DNA of 64,000 nt from Anaerolineae bacterium (GTDB lineage Bacteria; Chloroflexota; Anaerolineae; SpSt-600). The notes under the pieces are model-generated. The model was not told the origin of the DNA. It saw only the letters and a program-made list of their open reading frames with translations, and ran no database searches. The DNA lies in the NCBI GenBank assembly GCA_025062375.1, contig JANXAG010000006.1, positions 9,956-73,955 of the forward strand, written 5' to 3'. Both the position numbers and the translations under genes were made by a program. Below are positions 36,884-46,556 of the stretch, one piece after another. Within the stretch, counting starts at the first letter, position 1. Every line of letters begins with the position of its first letter.

Positions 36884-37690
36884 ATGCTTATAGTAAAATC
36901 GGTTGGGCCTGTAAAAGCCTTCAAAATGGGCAGAGATATACTGCCGGGTAGGGCTTTCTATTTTACTTCAGCCTATTTAGTGGATGGCCTCTTAATAGAC
37001 GCCGGGAACCCCCACCAAAGGGGGGAATTTCTCAAAGCCCTGGAAAATACCCCCATCCATACCCTGGTAAACACCCACTCCCATGAAGATCACATCGGGG
37101 CCAATAGCCTCCTGGAGAAGCGGGGCATAGCGATAAAAGCTCACCGGGAAGCCTTGCCTATCCTCCGCAACCCTTCCCTGCTGGGAATGACCTTCTATCG
37201 CCGGTTCTTCTGGGGAATTCCAGAGCCATCGGAGGCTTCCCCGGTGGGTGAAAAGGTGGAAACGGAGAAGTATTCTTTCCTGATAATAGAAACTCCCGGC
37301 CACTCCCCGGACCATATAGCCCTTTATGAACCGTCGGAGGGGTGGCTTTTCAGCGGAGATGCTTACGTGGGCGGAAAAGACCTGGCTTATAGGAAAGTTT
37401 ACAGACCCAAATTGATAATGGAATCTCTCAGGAAACTGGCCTCTTTGGAGATTAGCTACCTGTTTCCAGGAAGCGGGACCGTTCATCAGAATGGGCGGGA
37501 GAAAATTTTAGCAAAACTTGAGAGCCTTGAAGAACTAAAGGAGCGCATTCTGGAGTTGCACCAGCGGGGGTTCCCATCCAGTGTTATCGCCCGGAAAATC
37601 GTTGGGCATGAACCAGCTATCACGTGGCTAACCTTTGGGGATTTCAGCGCTCTCAATCTGGTGGAGTGCTTTTTGAGAGACTTCGCCTGA
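36884..37690 (+). CDS. MBL-fold metallo-hydrolase
   Basis: THSHEDHIG, TPGHSPDH, FSGD; last His site appears as PGSG. Confidence 0.88.
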   Translation: MLIVKSVGPVKAFKMGRDILPGRAFYFTSAYLVDGLLIDAGNPHQRGEFLKALENTPIHTLVNTHSHEDHIGANSLLEKRGIAIKAHREALPILRNPSLLGMTFYRRFFWGIPEPSEASPVGEKVETEKYSFLIIETPGHSPDHIALYEPSEGWLFSGDAYVGGKDLAYRKVYRPKLIMESLRKLASLEISYLFPGSGTVHQNGREKILAKLESLEELKERILELHQRGFPSSVIARKIVGHEPAITWLTFGDFSALNLVECFLRDFA

Positions 37691-37862
37691 TAACAGAGTT
37701 ATCTGGAAACCTGTTCCCCAGAACTCCCCTTTTATCGGCTCTGCTGCGCTCCTGCAGGGTCTTTAGAAGTTCCGGAGCCCGTCCACAGGCTGGGAGCAAA
37801 AAGTTACAGTTCACCACTATTTTGGAGGATGTTTTGTAGTTCTACCCGCTTTACACTGAAAC

Positions 37863-38543
37863 CTATCGCTGGAAGGGCCACCTTCTGCGCCTGGGTATTT
37901 CTCCGAGAACTTTTAACCCCAGAGCTTCCAGCTCTTCCCGGGAGCGAACAGATACATCAAGATAATCCAGGAGGAAAGCCAGGGCTATTCCAGCACCCAG
38001 AGCCAGAACCAGCTTTATCGGAAGGTCCAGCTTTTCCCGCAAGCTCGGCCCGATGGGGTAGATAACCGGTGGGTCTATTATTATTAATCTGGCTTCCTGC
38101 CCTCCGAGCTGGGGGAAAAACTCTTGAGGCTTCTGAATTAACTCCGCCACTGTTCCTGCTATTTCCTGAAGCTGACGAGGGTCATGCCAGGAAAGATGGA
38201 CGGTAAGGACCCTGTGCTTTGACTCTGAAGCTATGGTTCCATACAGGCTTCCTGGGGGGAGCGAAATCCTTGATGCTACTTTGTCAGCGAAGGTTCGGCC
38301 TCTTACCACCTCTGCCATATCATCCACCATATACTCTGAGGCGAGCCAAGTGTAGTAGCGGTCGTATTCGTAATAGTTACCTCCCGATTGAGGGATCACT
38401 CCTACTACGAAACGCATAGAAGCACCGTAACGAGGAGCAGAGGGACGCCGGGTGAGGAAGCTGCCCGCCAGGACTATAAGAAAGATCAGGGCTATAAGCC
38501 AAAAGTAGCGTCTTAGAACTGCCCAGTATCTTCGCAATTCCAT
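37863..38543 (-). CDS. Wzz/YveK-like polysaccharide chain-length determinant
   Basis: MELRRYW.VLRR N-terminus, two TM helices, AFLLDYLD.SVRS.EELE.LG..VLGEIP. Confidence 0.85.
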   Translation of the reverse strand: MELRRYWAVLRRYFWLIALIFLIVLAGSFLTRRPSAPRYGASMRFVVGVIPQSGGNYYEYDRYYTWLASEYMVDDMAEVVRGRTFADKVASRISLPPGSLYGTIASESKHRVLTVHLSWHDPRQLQEIAGTVAELIQKPQEFFPQLGGQEARLIIIDPPVIYPIGPSLREKLDLPIKLVLALGAGIALAFLLDYLDVSVRSREELEALGLKVLGEIPRRRRWPFQR

Positions 38544-39277
38544 GACTCTTCCTCCATAGCGCATCCACCGAGCTCTTCCAGAGCTTCAAGGACTTTTCTC
38601 AAGGCTTCGGCTGGGGATTTAAGGACTAATTCGGGGTCAAGGTGGAGGGGAACCCAGCCCAAAGCAGCCAGCTCATAATCCTGAGCAGCGGATTTCTCCC
38701 GCACCAGACCCGAAAGGAGCGGTTCTTCATCGCACATCACAGCCAATTTCCCTCTGCGGCAGAAGAAAGCGAAATCTACTTCCTTTTCTTCTTCTTCCCC
38801 GTGAATAAGGAAGCGCCTCTCGGCAGGAAGGCCGTTTTCCCGGAACATCTCCCACAGGCTTTCTTCAGCTTCGCCTCCAATCCAGAGGTCATTTATTTCC
38901 TGGGCCCTGAAGAGTCTGCCTAAGGTTGTGGGGATAAAAGTAATTCGGCGAAGCCTACGGCTTGGTATCGGCCTGGGAAGCCTCTCAAGGGGGCCTATTT
39001 CAATTTTGTAGTACCAATCTTTGGCTCTGGGATGGGCTGATTCATCCGGCAGGAGCTCTTCCCTACGCGCAAGACGATAGGCTTTAACAGGCGCATAATA
39101 GTTTATTGACAGCCCCTCAGGGCCGAAAACCTTTGTCTGATAGAAAGCCAGGTATTCTGCTCCGAGGCGGGAAGGCGCCCTTTTTACCGGTATCCTGTAC
39201 CACCCTTCCCGGCGCGCTATTTCCATATCCCTCAGGTTGTTCATTACTACCACCAGAACAGGAGCCATTTCATCCAT
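38513..39277 (-). CDS. Two-domain protein: N-terminal WYRIP/LAFYQ domain plus Vsr/DUF559-like endonuclease domain
   Basis: C-terminal E..F...EVDFAFFC..GKLAV.CD...L...GW..L pattern; coupled to uvsE and wzz. Confidence 0.65.
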   Translation of the reverse strand: MDEMAPVLVVVMNNLRDMEIARREGWYRIPVKRAPSRLGAEYLAFYQTKVFGPEGLSINYYAPVKAYRLARREELLPDESAHPRAKDWYYKIEIGPLERLPRPIPSRRLRRITFIPTTLGRLFRAQEINDLWIGGEAEESLWEMFRENGLPAERRFLIHGEEEEKEVDFAFFCRRGKLAVMCDEEPLLSGLVREKSAAQDYELAALGWVPLHLDPELVLKSPAEALRKVLEALEELGGCAMEEESWNCEDTGQF

Positions 39278-40212
39278 TATTCCACCTCTAACTCTGGCGC
39301 AAATTTTTTCAGGTTTTCCCTGAGCTCAAGAAGGGCCAGGTCCCGTGCTTTCGCTTCCAACATTATATCAAAATTTCGGTTTTTCGCCTTCATAGCCATA
39401 CGGCAGAAAGCGATGAACTCAAAAGGGTCCACAAAATCGGCATGCTCGGAAGGGTGCGGAGGGTAAGCCCTCTTCTTCCCGCCCTCTCCCATCAGCTTCA
39501 TGGCCGTTCTGGGGGAGCTGAAGTGAACTTTGGGGGTTATACTTTCTGGCCATGTTTCAAGGCAGAGGCTAAGGGCTTCGTTCTCTTCCATACCATCGCT
39601 ATGGTTGAGAAAGTGAAGGTGATCAAAAGTTATGGGAATCCCTGAGCGCTTATGAACCCAGAGGAGATCTCTGACCGAGAAAAGGGAATCATCGTTCTCC
39701 AGAGATAAACGGGAGCGAACCTCCTGTGGCACCTTTTCCAGAACCCGGCACAGGCGATCCAGGGCTGAGGCTTTATCTCCGTAAGTTCCTCCCGCATGGA
39801 TAACCACGACTGCGTCGGGGCCCAGCCCCATCGCGTCCAGGATCCTGGCTAAAGCGGCAACACGCTGGAGGCTGCGTTCCACTGTTTCCTGGTGGGGCGA
39901 GGTCAAGTTGACATAGGAAGGGTGGAAGGAAAGACGTATTCCTCTCTCCCGGGCCATTCTTCCAAATTCTTCCAGTTCTCTGGAACATTCCTCTATCTGA
40001 TGGTGGAAGGCCGGAAGGCCAGGATGTGTTACATAGGGAGCGAGTTCCGAAGCGAGCCTGTAGAATTTTATCCCCTTGCGCTCAAGGTAAAGGATTATAT
40101 CCCGCAAGTAAGCCAGGCTCACGCTCAGGTGAGGGCTGTTCTGCCATCGGCGGGAATCATAGGGCCTGAGGCCAGGGTGCCCCAGGATTTTGACGGGGAA
40201 ACCCAGGCGCAA
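39277..40212 (-). CDS. uvsE: UV-damage endonuclease (UvdE)
   Basis: MRLGF, FYRLAS, RLSFHP, VIHAGG.YGDK, LENDD, FDHLH, PKVHFSSP, HAD, IMLEAKARDLA. Confidence 0.93.
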   Translation of the reverse strand: MRLGFPVKILGHPGLRPYDSRRWQNSPHLSVSLAYLRDIILYLERKGIKFYRLASELAPYVTHPGLPAFHHQIEECSRELEEFGRMARERGIRLSFHPSYVNLTSPHQETVERSLQRVAALARILDAMGLGPDAVVVIHAGGTYGDKASALDRLCRVLEKVPQEVRSRLSLENDDSLFSVRDLLWVHKRSGIPITFDHLHFLNHSDGMEENEALSLCLETWPESITPKVHFSSPRTAMKLMGEGGKKRAYPPHPSEHADFVDPFEFIAFCRMAMKAKNRNFDIMLEAKARDLALLELRENLKKFAPELEVE

Positions 40213-40221
40213 GATTTCCTC

Positions 40222-40830
40222 CTAACGGGAGAATCGGCCCATGAGTTCGGCTACGGCCAGGATGTGACCTTCCATGGCTCTTAAAATCTCAGCTTTACGG
40301 GCTTTCGGTGGGATGTTCAGGGTTTTATCCAGGGCATAAAGTCTGAAAAAGTAGCGGTGCGTGGAACCTGGCGGAGGACACGGCCCATCATAGCCTATCT
40401 TCCCAAAGCTGTTGAATCCTTGAAAGGAGCCATCTGGCAGGGAAGGGAGTGGGGGAACACCTTCGGGCAAATTTGTGGTGGAGGGAGGGATGTTGTAGAG
40501 AAGCCAGTGGTTGAAGGGGCCTCCCGGGGCATCAGGATCATCGCATATGAGCACCAGGCTCTTAGCCTCCGCTGGGACTCCAGTCCACCCAAGGGGTGGT
40601 GAAATGTTTTCACCTTTACAGGTATAACGTTCGGGTATAAGGCTCCCGTTAGTAAAAGCCGGGCTGAAAAGGCTCATACCCGGCACGGTTGGGGTGGGGA
40701 TAGGGGAAAGCAAAGCAGGGGTAAAAGTTGGGGTTGGAAAAGGAGGAGGGGATACAGGAGCAGTGGCTGGTCGGCAGGAAAGGGCGAGAACAGCGGTTAT
40801 TATCAGGAGAAAAAGGTTTTTTCCTTTCAT
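40222..40830 (-). CDS. YbhB/YbcL (PEBP/Raf kinase inhibitor-like) lipoprotein
   Basis: LALSC lipobox, PT linker, DDPDAP..F.HW, GYDGPCPP....HRYFF; start at ATG 40830 (ORF-track start overlaps the upstream gene). Confidence 0.9.
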   Translation of the reverse strand: MKGKNLFLLIITAVLALSCRPATAPVSPPPFPTPTFTPALLSPIPTPTVPGMSLFSPAFTNGSLIPERYTCKGENISPPLGWTGVPAEAKSLVLICDDPDAPGGPFNHWLLYNIPPSTTNLPEGVPPLPSLPDGSFQGFNSFGKIGYDGPCPPPGSTHRYFFRLYALDKTLNIPPKARKAEILRAMEGHILAVAELMGRFSR

Positions 40831-40870
40831 GCTTACCTCCTCAAAAACCTGGAGAAAGCCCGGCGGGCTT

Positions 40871-41974
40871 TTAAAATCTCCGGAAAAGGCCAGCAACGTA
40901 AAAGGGGAAGCGAGCCAGCATGGTCCTGTAGGAAAGTTTGCCCTCAAACATCCGGGCAAAATCTGCAATGATAAAGGGGTTACGGACCCCCAGTTCAAAA
41001 CTGATTTCGGGATAGCGGTAGAAGACCCAAGCCCAGAGGCGAGCTGCTTTGAAGTTAGGGGCTAAAATCCTGTGAACTGCCCTGGTGTAAGAGGGCAGGT
41101 CGCCTTTGAGGATGGCCTGAACGGCAAGGTGTGCGCTCTTCACCCCATACCTTATGCCTTCTCCGAGAAGTGGGTCCATCATTCTGGCAGCGTCGCCAAT
41201 TAGAACCGTTCGCGAGGAGTGAAGCCTGCGGTCCTTTAGGTAAACAGGCAAGGGGTGAGCCCTCAACGGAATCTTATCCGCGGGAAGGCCCAGGCGAGCC
41301 ATCCAGTAGAGAAAAGTGGTCTTAAGGTTATCGCGGGTCTTGCCCATAGCCCCAATGCCCGCAGAAAGGACAGCTTTTTTAGGAAAAACCCATATATACC
41401 CCGGGTTTACGACTCCAAAGAGAAAGAAAGCTTTATTAAAGAAATCCAGAAGCTTTTCGTCAGCCGGGATTTCAGCCTCGAGGGCCGCTCCCACAGGGCC
41501 ACCAGTTTCAAAATCAAGGGCTCGGGCTACCACCGAATTAGCTCCATCGGCTCCGATAAGGTAACGGGCCTGCCACCTGTATCCTTTTTCGGCTAACACG
41601 GTGACTTTGTCTCTATCTTCATAAACTCCGATGACTTTTACCCCTTCGGCCACCTCTGCCCCGGATTTCTCCAGGACAAACCAGTCAAACTGATCCCTCA
41701 TCACCATCAGGACGGGTGAGGTGGGGAAGGGTACATCGACCTCTTTCTTACCCCGGAAAGAATAACGGACTCCGTTAATTTCCCTTTCAATCACCGGCTC
41801 AAAGTTGAGGTGGAAGAACTGTAGAACTGAACGGGGCACACCTCCGGCACACGGTTTATAGCGAGGGAGTTTTTCTTTTTCTATCACGAGCACCTTTGTC
41901 CCTTGCCTTTTGAGGAAGAAAGCTGCCGATGCTCCTGCTATCCCCCCGCCTACCACAATTACGTCGTAAATCAT
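40871..41974 (-). CDS. Geranylgeranyl reductase family FAD-dependent oxidoreductase
   Basis: GGGIAG, PRYKPCAGG, IGADGANS, GYIWVFPK, GDAA...DPL.GEGI. Confidence 0.9.
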   Translation of the reverse strand: MIYDVIVVGGGIAGASAAFFLKRQGTKVLVIEKEKLPRYKPCAGGVPRSVLQFFHLNFEPVIEREINGVRYSFRGKKEVDVPFPTSPVLMVMRDQFDWFVLEKSGAEVAEGVKVIGVYEDRDKVTVLAEKGYRWQARYLIGADGANSVVARALDFETGGPVGAALEAEIPADEKLLDFFNKAFFLFGVVNPGYIWVFPKKAVLSAGIGAMGKTRDNLKTTFLYWMARLGLPADKIPLRAHPLPVYLKDRRLHSSRTVLIGDAARMMDPLLGEGIRYGVKSAHLAVQAILKGDLPSYTRAVHRILAPNFKAARLWAWVFYRYPEISFELGVRNPFIIADFARMFEGKLSYRTMLARFPFYVAGLFRRF

Positions 41975-41986
41975 GGTGCTTGCTCC

Positions 41987-42808
41987 TTACAAGGTTATGG
42001 AAGAGCCGGCGGGGAAAGGCACAACACCATCCCCTAAAATCTCCCTCAAAATAGTAAGGGCCCTGGCACCAGTGCAATGGTTGATGTAAAGCCTTAATAC
42101 ACCCCAGTCCTTAAGGGTCTCCCCCGTCCTAAGTATGGTGAGCTCATCAGCATCCTCTAAATGAAGGCCTCCGAAGATGGCTTCCACGGGTTTTCGGAAT
42201 CTTTCTTTTACGACGTTCAGGGTGTTGAGGATTCCCGCATGGCAGCATCCGCATACTACGGCTAATTTATTTCCCAAATCCAGTATGAGGGCGATATCAT
42301 CCCGGTAAGGGTCAGGGACAAGGCGTCCTTCAATTCGGGCAAAATGGCGTTCACTGCGCCCCTCTGGCTCTGTCCTTGGGCTTATATCCCCCGAGGTCCA
42401 GATACCAGGGCTCACTTCCACAGGGTCTTTTCTCAGGATAAGCCTGAGCTTCAACATGGCTGCGGCCCAGCTTATGGGGAAACTTACATCTTTAAGCCTT
42501 TCTTCCCGGAGGGAGAAGCGGGGGATGAAGATATCGGGATGAGCATACACAGGAGTATCTGGTGTGCGTTCCAGGATGGCAGCCAATCCTCCTGTATGGT
42601 CAATGTGAGCGTGGCTTAGAACTATAGCTGAAAGGCTCTCGGGCTCAATTTCCAGGCGCGCCAGGTTCTGAAGGATCACTTTACCATTGGGGCCCGTGTC
42701 AAAGAGGATATAACGTTCATTGTGCTCAATTAGAAACGAGAGGCCATGCTGGTTCAAAAGCCTTGCACCAGGAAGTACAGAATCATCCACCACGCAGCTT
42801 ACTTTCAC
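41987..42808 (-). CDS. MBL-fold hydrolase (dihydropterin/methanopterin-pathway-like family)
   Basis: HGLS, FDTG, SHAHIDHTGG, GCCHAG, GGLHL, HCTG. Confidence 0.85.
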   Translation of the reverse strand: MKVSCVVDDSVLPGARLLNQHGLSFLIEHNERYILFDTGPNGKVILQNLARLEIEPESLSAIVLSHAHIDHTGGLAAILERTPDTPVYAHPDIFIPRFSLREERLKDVSFPISWAAAMLKLRLILRKDPVEVSPGIWTSGDISPRTEPEGRSERHFARIEGRLVPDPYRDDIALILDLGNKLAVVCGCCHAGILNTLNVVKERFRKPVEAIFGGLHLEDADELTILRTGETLKDWGVLRLYINHCTGARALTILREILGDGVVPFPAGSSITL

Positions 42809-44463
42809 GCTTTACCTCCCCTCAGCTTTCTGATGGCCAAAGGCAACTTGCCCGGAAGGTCTCCTGCTGTGGGGCCAGCCTCCCCCAGCTCTTCCTTTAC
42901 CATTTCCCCGGCTAAAGAGTGCACGTAAGTCCCGACTACCGCAGCTTTAATGGGCTCAAGGCCCTGAGCTATGAACCCAGCGATCGCTCCAGCCAGAACA
43001 TCACCGCTTCCTGCGGTGGCCATGGCCGGGTTGGCAAATGGATTTATGTATACCAAACCTTCAGGAGATGCTATGCAGGTATAAGCTCCCTTGAGGACGA
43101 TTACTTGACCCCATTCCTGGGCCTTCTCCAGGGCCAAATCAATGCGGCGCCGATTTATCTCTTCGGTAGAGAGCCCGCAGAGCCTTGACATCTCCCCCGG
43201 ATGAGGGGTCAGGACGTTTAACCCCTTTAGTTCTTCCCACCAGAGGGGCAGATCGGCAAGGGCATTGAGGCCGTCGGCATCTATTACCATAGGCGGTAAA
43301 GGAGGAAGGGGCGTTTCCTGGCTTCCAAGGAAGCCCATTTTCCTCTTTTCCCACTTTCCCCTGATTAGCTGGTGAACGAACTCAACTGTTTGCTTATCCC
43401 TTCCAAGGCCAGGGCCTAACAGAATCGCCTGGTAGGAGGGCCAGCTTTCGGAAAGAACTTCCAGAGCGTCGGGCACTATGGCACCCATGTCACTCGGAAG
43501 GAGCAAAAAGGTGGTTTCGGTAAGCTTTGAGGCAACGATGGGGTGGATGGAGCTGGGTATGGCCATAGTGACAAGCCCTGCCCCTACCCTCATGGCCCCC
43601 AGGCCTGCCAGGCAGGGAGCTCCTGTGTAATTGGTGGAGCCTGCTATGATCAGAACCTTGCCGAAGGTCCCCTTGTGGCTTCCTTTGGGTCTGGGAGGAA
43701 GCCATTTTTGAACCAGCTCCGGTGTGACCAATTCAACCCGAATGCCAGAGGCCAGCTCTTGTGGGATACCGATATCGGCCACTAATAGCTCACCTGTAAG
43801 CTCCGCCCCTGGAAAAAGGAAATGCCCCCTCTTTGGAAAACCAAATGTTACTGTGATATCAGCAGGGACAGCTGCCGGATCAGATTCCCCGGTAGTCCCA
43901 TTTACCCCTGTCGGTATATCTACTGCCACGATGAAGGGACGGTGTTTCGCGGTAGAGGGCAACGCCCTCACCGAACGAATTGAAACCTTAGCGGGGGGAT
44001 CAAATCGTTTCTCCCTTTCTTGAGCGAGGGTCCGGAGTATCAGTTCAAGGTCTCTCTTCACCGGTGGGCGGAACCCTGTACCCAGGAGGGCATCTACCAC
44101 GATTTCGGCCTCTTTGAGGAGGCTCTGGAGGTTTTTGAGGTCTTCGTCTTCTTGGGCGAAAACCAGCGTAGTCCCTTCTTGGACGAGCCTGTCCACCAGG
44201 GGGTCACTTTCGGTTTGCCTTTTCCAAAGATAGGCTGTTACCTTGACTCCAGCCTTGAGGAGGTAATAGGCAGCGACCAGGCCATCGCCGCCGTTGTTAC
44301 CTGGCCCTACCAGGACCAGCACAGTTTTAGGCGTGGGCTTAAGGGCCAGGATAACCCGGGCCACAGCGTGGCCGGCTTTTTCCATCATCCCGGCCACTGT
44401 AATCCCCTTTGAAACAGCCTCTTTCTCCAGAGAAGCCATCTCTTCGGCGGTTACTACTTTCAC
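42805..44463 (-). CDS. nnr: Bifunctional NAD(P)H-hydrate epimerase/dehydratase
   Basis: GPGNNGGDG, DALLGTG, AVDIPTG; HKG.FG, GPGLG, DADG, TPHPGE, LKGA, ATAGSGDVLAG. Confidence 0.95.
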   Translation of the reverse strand: MKVVTAEEMASLEKEAVSKGITVAGMMEKAGHAVARVILALKPTPKTVLVLVGPGNNGGDGLVAAYYLLKAGVKVTAYLWKRQTESDPLVDRLVQEGTTLVFAQEDEDLKNLQSLLKEAEIVVDALLGTGFRPPVKRDLELILRTLAQEREKRFDPPAKVSIRSVRALPSTAKHRPFIVAVDIPTGVNGTTGESDPAAVPADITVTFGFPKRGHFLFPGAELTGELLVADIGIPQELASGIRVELVTPELVQKWLPPRPKGSHKGTFGKVLIIAGSTNYTGAPCLAGLGAMRVGAGLVTMAIPSSIHPIVASKLTETTFLLLPSDMGAIVPDALEVLSESWPSYQAILLGPGLGRDKQTVEFVHQLIRGKWEKRKMGFLGSQETPLPPLPPMVIDADGLNALADLPLWWEELKGLNVLTPHPGEMSRLCGLSTEEINRRRIDLALEKAQEWGQVIVLKGAYTCIASPEGLVYINPFANPAMATAGSGDVLAGAIAGFIAQGLEPIKAAVVGTYVHSLAGEMVKEELGEAGPTAGDLPGKLPLAIRKLRGGKA

Positions 44464-44478
44464 AAGACCCCTCCGGTT

Positions 44479-45138
44479 TCAGATTTCTTCAAAGGGCGCC
44501 AGGGAACGGCGTGTCCTCCTCCGTATGACCCCTTTAGTTTCCAACTCTTTGATTAATCCAGCCACCTCCTCCACGGTTATATCAACCCAAGCTTTTCTCA
44601 AGGTTTCGGTGATTTGCATTATATTCTGGGCCCTTGTCAGGCTCATAACCAGGGCCCTGGCTTTGGGGGAAGAACCCGCATCCTTGAGGGCTTCTTCCGG
44701 AGTTCGGTACTGGAGCCCGATCTCAAAAAGGATGTCTGGCGGAGGAAGGGCCTCTTCCACCTTCGCCGGAGCTGGAACTTCAGGGATTTCGGGGCAGATT
44801 TTCTGGGCCTGTCTGGCGGCAAGGAGCAGGACACCTTCCTTTTCAAAGCCTTCCAAGACAAGGATGCAGGAGCGGGAAACCTTAAAAGCCATGATTTTTC
44901 TTCCCCCTTCTAGGCCCTTTACCTGATAATCGCCTACTTCCCACAATTCTGACCCAGCCTTTACAATTTTAGAGGCTAAATCTTCGGTTTCGGGGGCAAG
45001 TTCAGAGTGGATTTTTTCCCCTTTCCGATTGAAAAGGGCCCAGCGGGTTCCCGGGGGTATAAGCTCTCGGATCCTGGGGATAACTTCTTCCATAACTCTT
45101 TCTCCTAACAGGGTTTCAGAGTCAAGGCCCTGCAGCAC
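44479..45138 (-). CDS. Hypothetical protein (possible roadblock/profilin-like N-domain plus winged helix)
   Basis: 219-aa ORF with its own upstream gap; C-terminal ITVEEVAGLIKELETKGVI wHTH-like pattern. Confidence 0.55.
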   Translation of the reverse strand: MLQGLDSETLLGERVMEEVIPRIRELIPPGTRWALFNRKGEKIHSELAPETEDLASKIVKAGSELWEVGDYQVKGLEGGRKIMAFKVSRSCILVLEGFEKEGVLLLAARQAQKICPEIPEVPAPAKVEEALPPPDILFEIGLQYRTPEEALKDAGSSPKARALVMSLTRAQNIMQITETLRKAWVDITVEEVAGLIKELETKGVIRRRTRRSLAPFEEI

Positions 45139-45204
45139 AGGAAAGCTTTAAGCTCGGCTCCTTCCTTAGGAATAATAGAACAAATTCAGGAATCACGCAA
45201 GGAT

Positions 45205-45233
45205 TTGACCAGACTTAAAGCAAAGGCTAAAAT
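45205..45233 (+). promoter_or_regulatory. Sigma70-type promoter of the acyl-CoA dehydrogenase
   Basis: TTGACC-17 nt-TAAAAT. Confidence 0.6.
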
Positions 45234-45305
45234 TTCCCCAGGCCCTGGGGGTGGGTAAAGGGGGCTTGGGGGAACTTCCCTCAATCCCAGAATTGGAGGT
45301 GCAAC

Positions 45306-46541
45306 ATGTTAGAAGCACTCCTTACGCCTCAGCAAAGAAAACTGCGGGAAGAAGTCAGGGATTTTGTTAAATGGGTTCCCCGCCAGCTTATTTTGGACAT
45401 GGATGCCGATAAGGTGCGTTATCCCAGAGAATTTGTGGAGGAAGCTGCCCGGCGGAACCTTCTCGGGCTGCGCTTTTCTCCCGAATACGGAGGAAGAGGC
45501 TTAGGCTGGGCCGAAGAAATCATCGCCCTTGAAGAGGTAGGAGTTCTTGGCACTTCCCTGGCCTGTCTCTATTCCCTTCCAAGCATCGTTGGGGAAGCCC
45601 TTCACAAGTTTGGCACACCAGAGCAAAAGGAGCGATGGTTAAAACCACTCCTCCAAGGCAAGTTAATGGCTGCTGAAGCCCTCACCGAACCAAGAGGGGG
45701 TTCCGATTTCTTCGGAACTACCACCACCGCTCAAAGGGAAGGTAACCATTACATCTTAAGAGGCCACAAACGCTTCATTGTGGGGGCTGAAGGAGCTGAT
45801 TTCTTCCTGGTTTATGCCAGAACTGACCCCAGTGCACCCTCCCATCAGGCTCTTACGGCTTTCATCGTGGAAAGGGGGCCGGGGGTTGAGGTGCAGTATA
45901 TATATGGCTTGATGGGAACAAGAGGGGGTGGGACAGGTAAGGTCTACTTCCGGGATGTGAGGGTTCCGGTTGAAAATGTCATTGGGAAGGAAAATGGCGG
46001 TGCTGACGTCTTCTGGCACATGATGATTCCGGAGAGGATGACCAGCGCGGCGGGAGCTCTGGGCATGGCCAGAGCGGCTCTGGAGATAGCCGCCCGATAT
46101 TCAGACAAACGCAAGGCTTTCGGGCAGAAAATTCGCTCTTTCCAGGGGGTTTCCTTCAAAGTGGCCGAGAGCATTACTTTACTGGATGCGGCCAGAGGAC
46201 TTGTTTATTTGGCCGCAAAAACGATAGATGAAGGAGATGAACCTGGCCGAGTCAGGAGGCTTGTCTCGGAAGCCAAGAAATTCGCCACTGAAGCTGCCTG
46301 GCAAATTGTAAATCACGCGATGCAGATTCTCGGAGGCATAGGTTACACCACCGTCTACCCCATCGAAAGGCTGCTGCGGGACACAAGGCTGATTATGATC
46401 TGGACCGGCACCAACGAAATCATGAACCTTATAATCCAGCATGAATATTTCAAAGAGCTTCTGGAGACAAAGCCTGAGGTGAGGGATGTAGAAGCCGATG
46501 CGCCTGAAGCGCACAGGGAGGAGGAGAAAGTATACGAATGA
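45306..46541 (+). CDS. Acyl-CoA dehydrogenase
   Basis: [17 protein letters not shown]...A...G.A, R..FG..I..FQ, QILGG.GY, ER..RD, WTGTNEI. Confidence 0.95.
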   Translation: MLEALLTPQQRKLREEVRDFVKWVPRQLILDMDADKVRYPREFVEEAARRNLLGLRFSPEYGGRGLGWAEEIIALEEVGVLGTSLACLYSLPSIVGEALHKFGTPEQKERWLKPLLQGKLMAAEALTEPRGGSDFFGTTTTAQREGNHYILRGHKRFIVGAEGADFFLVYARTDPSAPSHQALTAFIVERGPGVEVQYIYGLMGTRGGGTGKVYFRDVRVPVENVIGKENGGADVFWHMMIPERMTSAAGALGMARAALEIAARYSDKRKAFGQKIRSFQGVSFKVAESITLLDAARGLVYLAAKTIDEGDEPGRVRRLVSEAKKFATEAAWQIVNHAMQILGGIGYTTVYPIERLLRDTRLIMIWTGTNEIMNLIIQHEYFKELLETKPEVRDVEADAPEAHREEEKVYE

Positions 46542-46556
46542 CCTTCCTTCAGAAAA

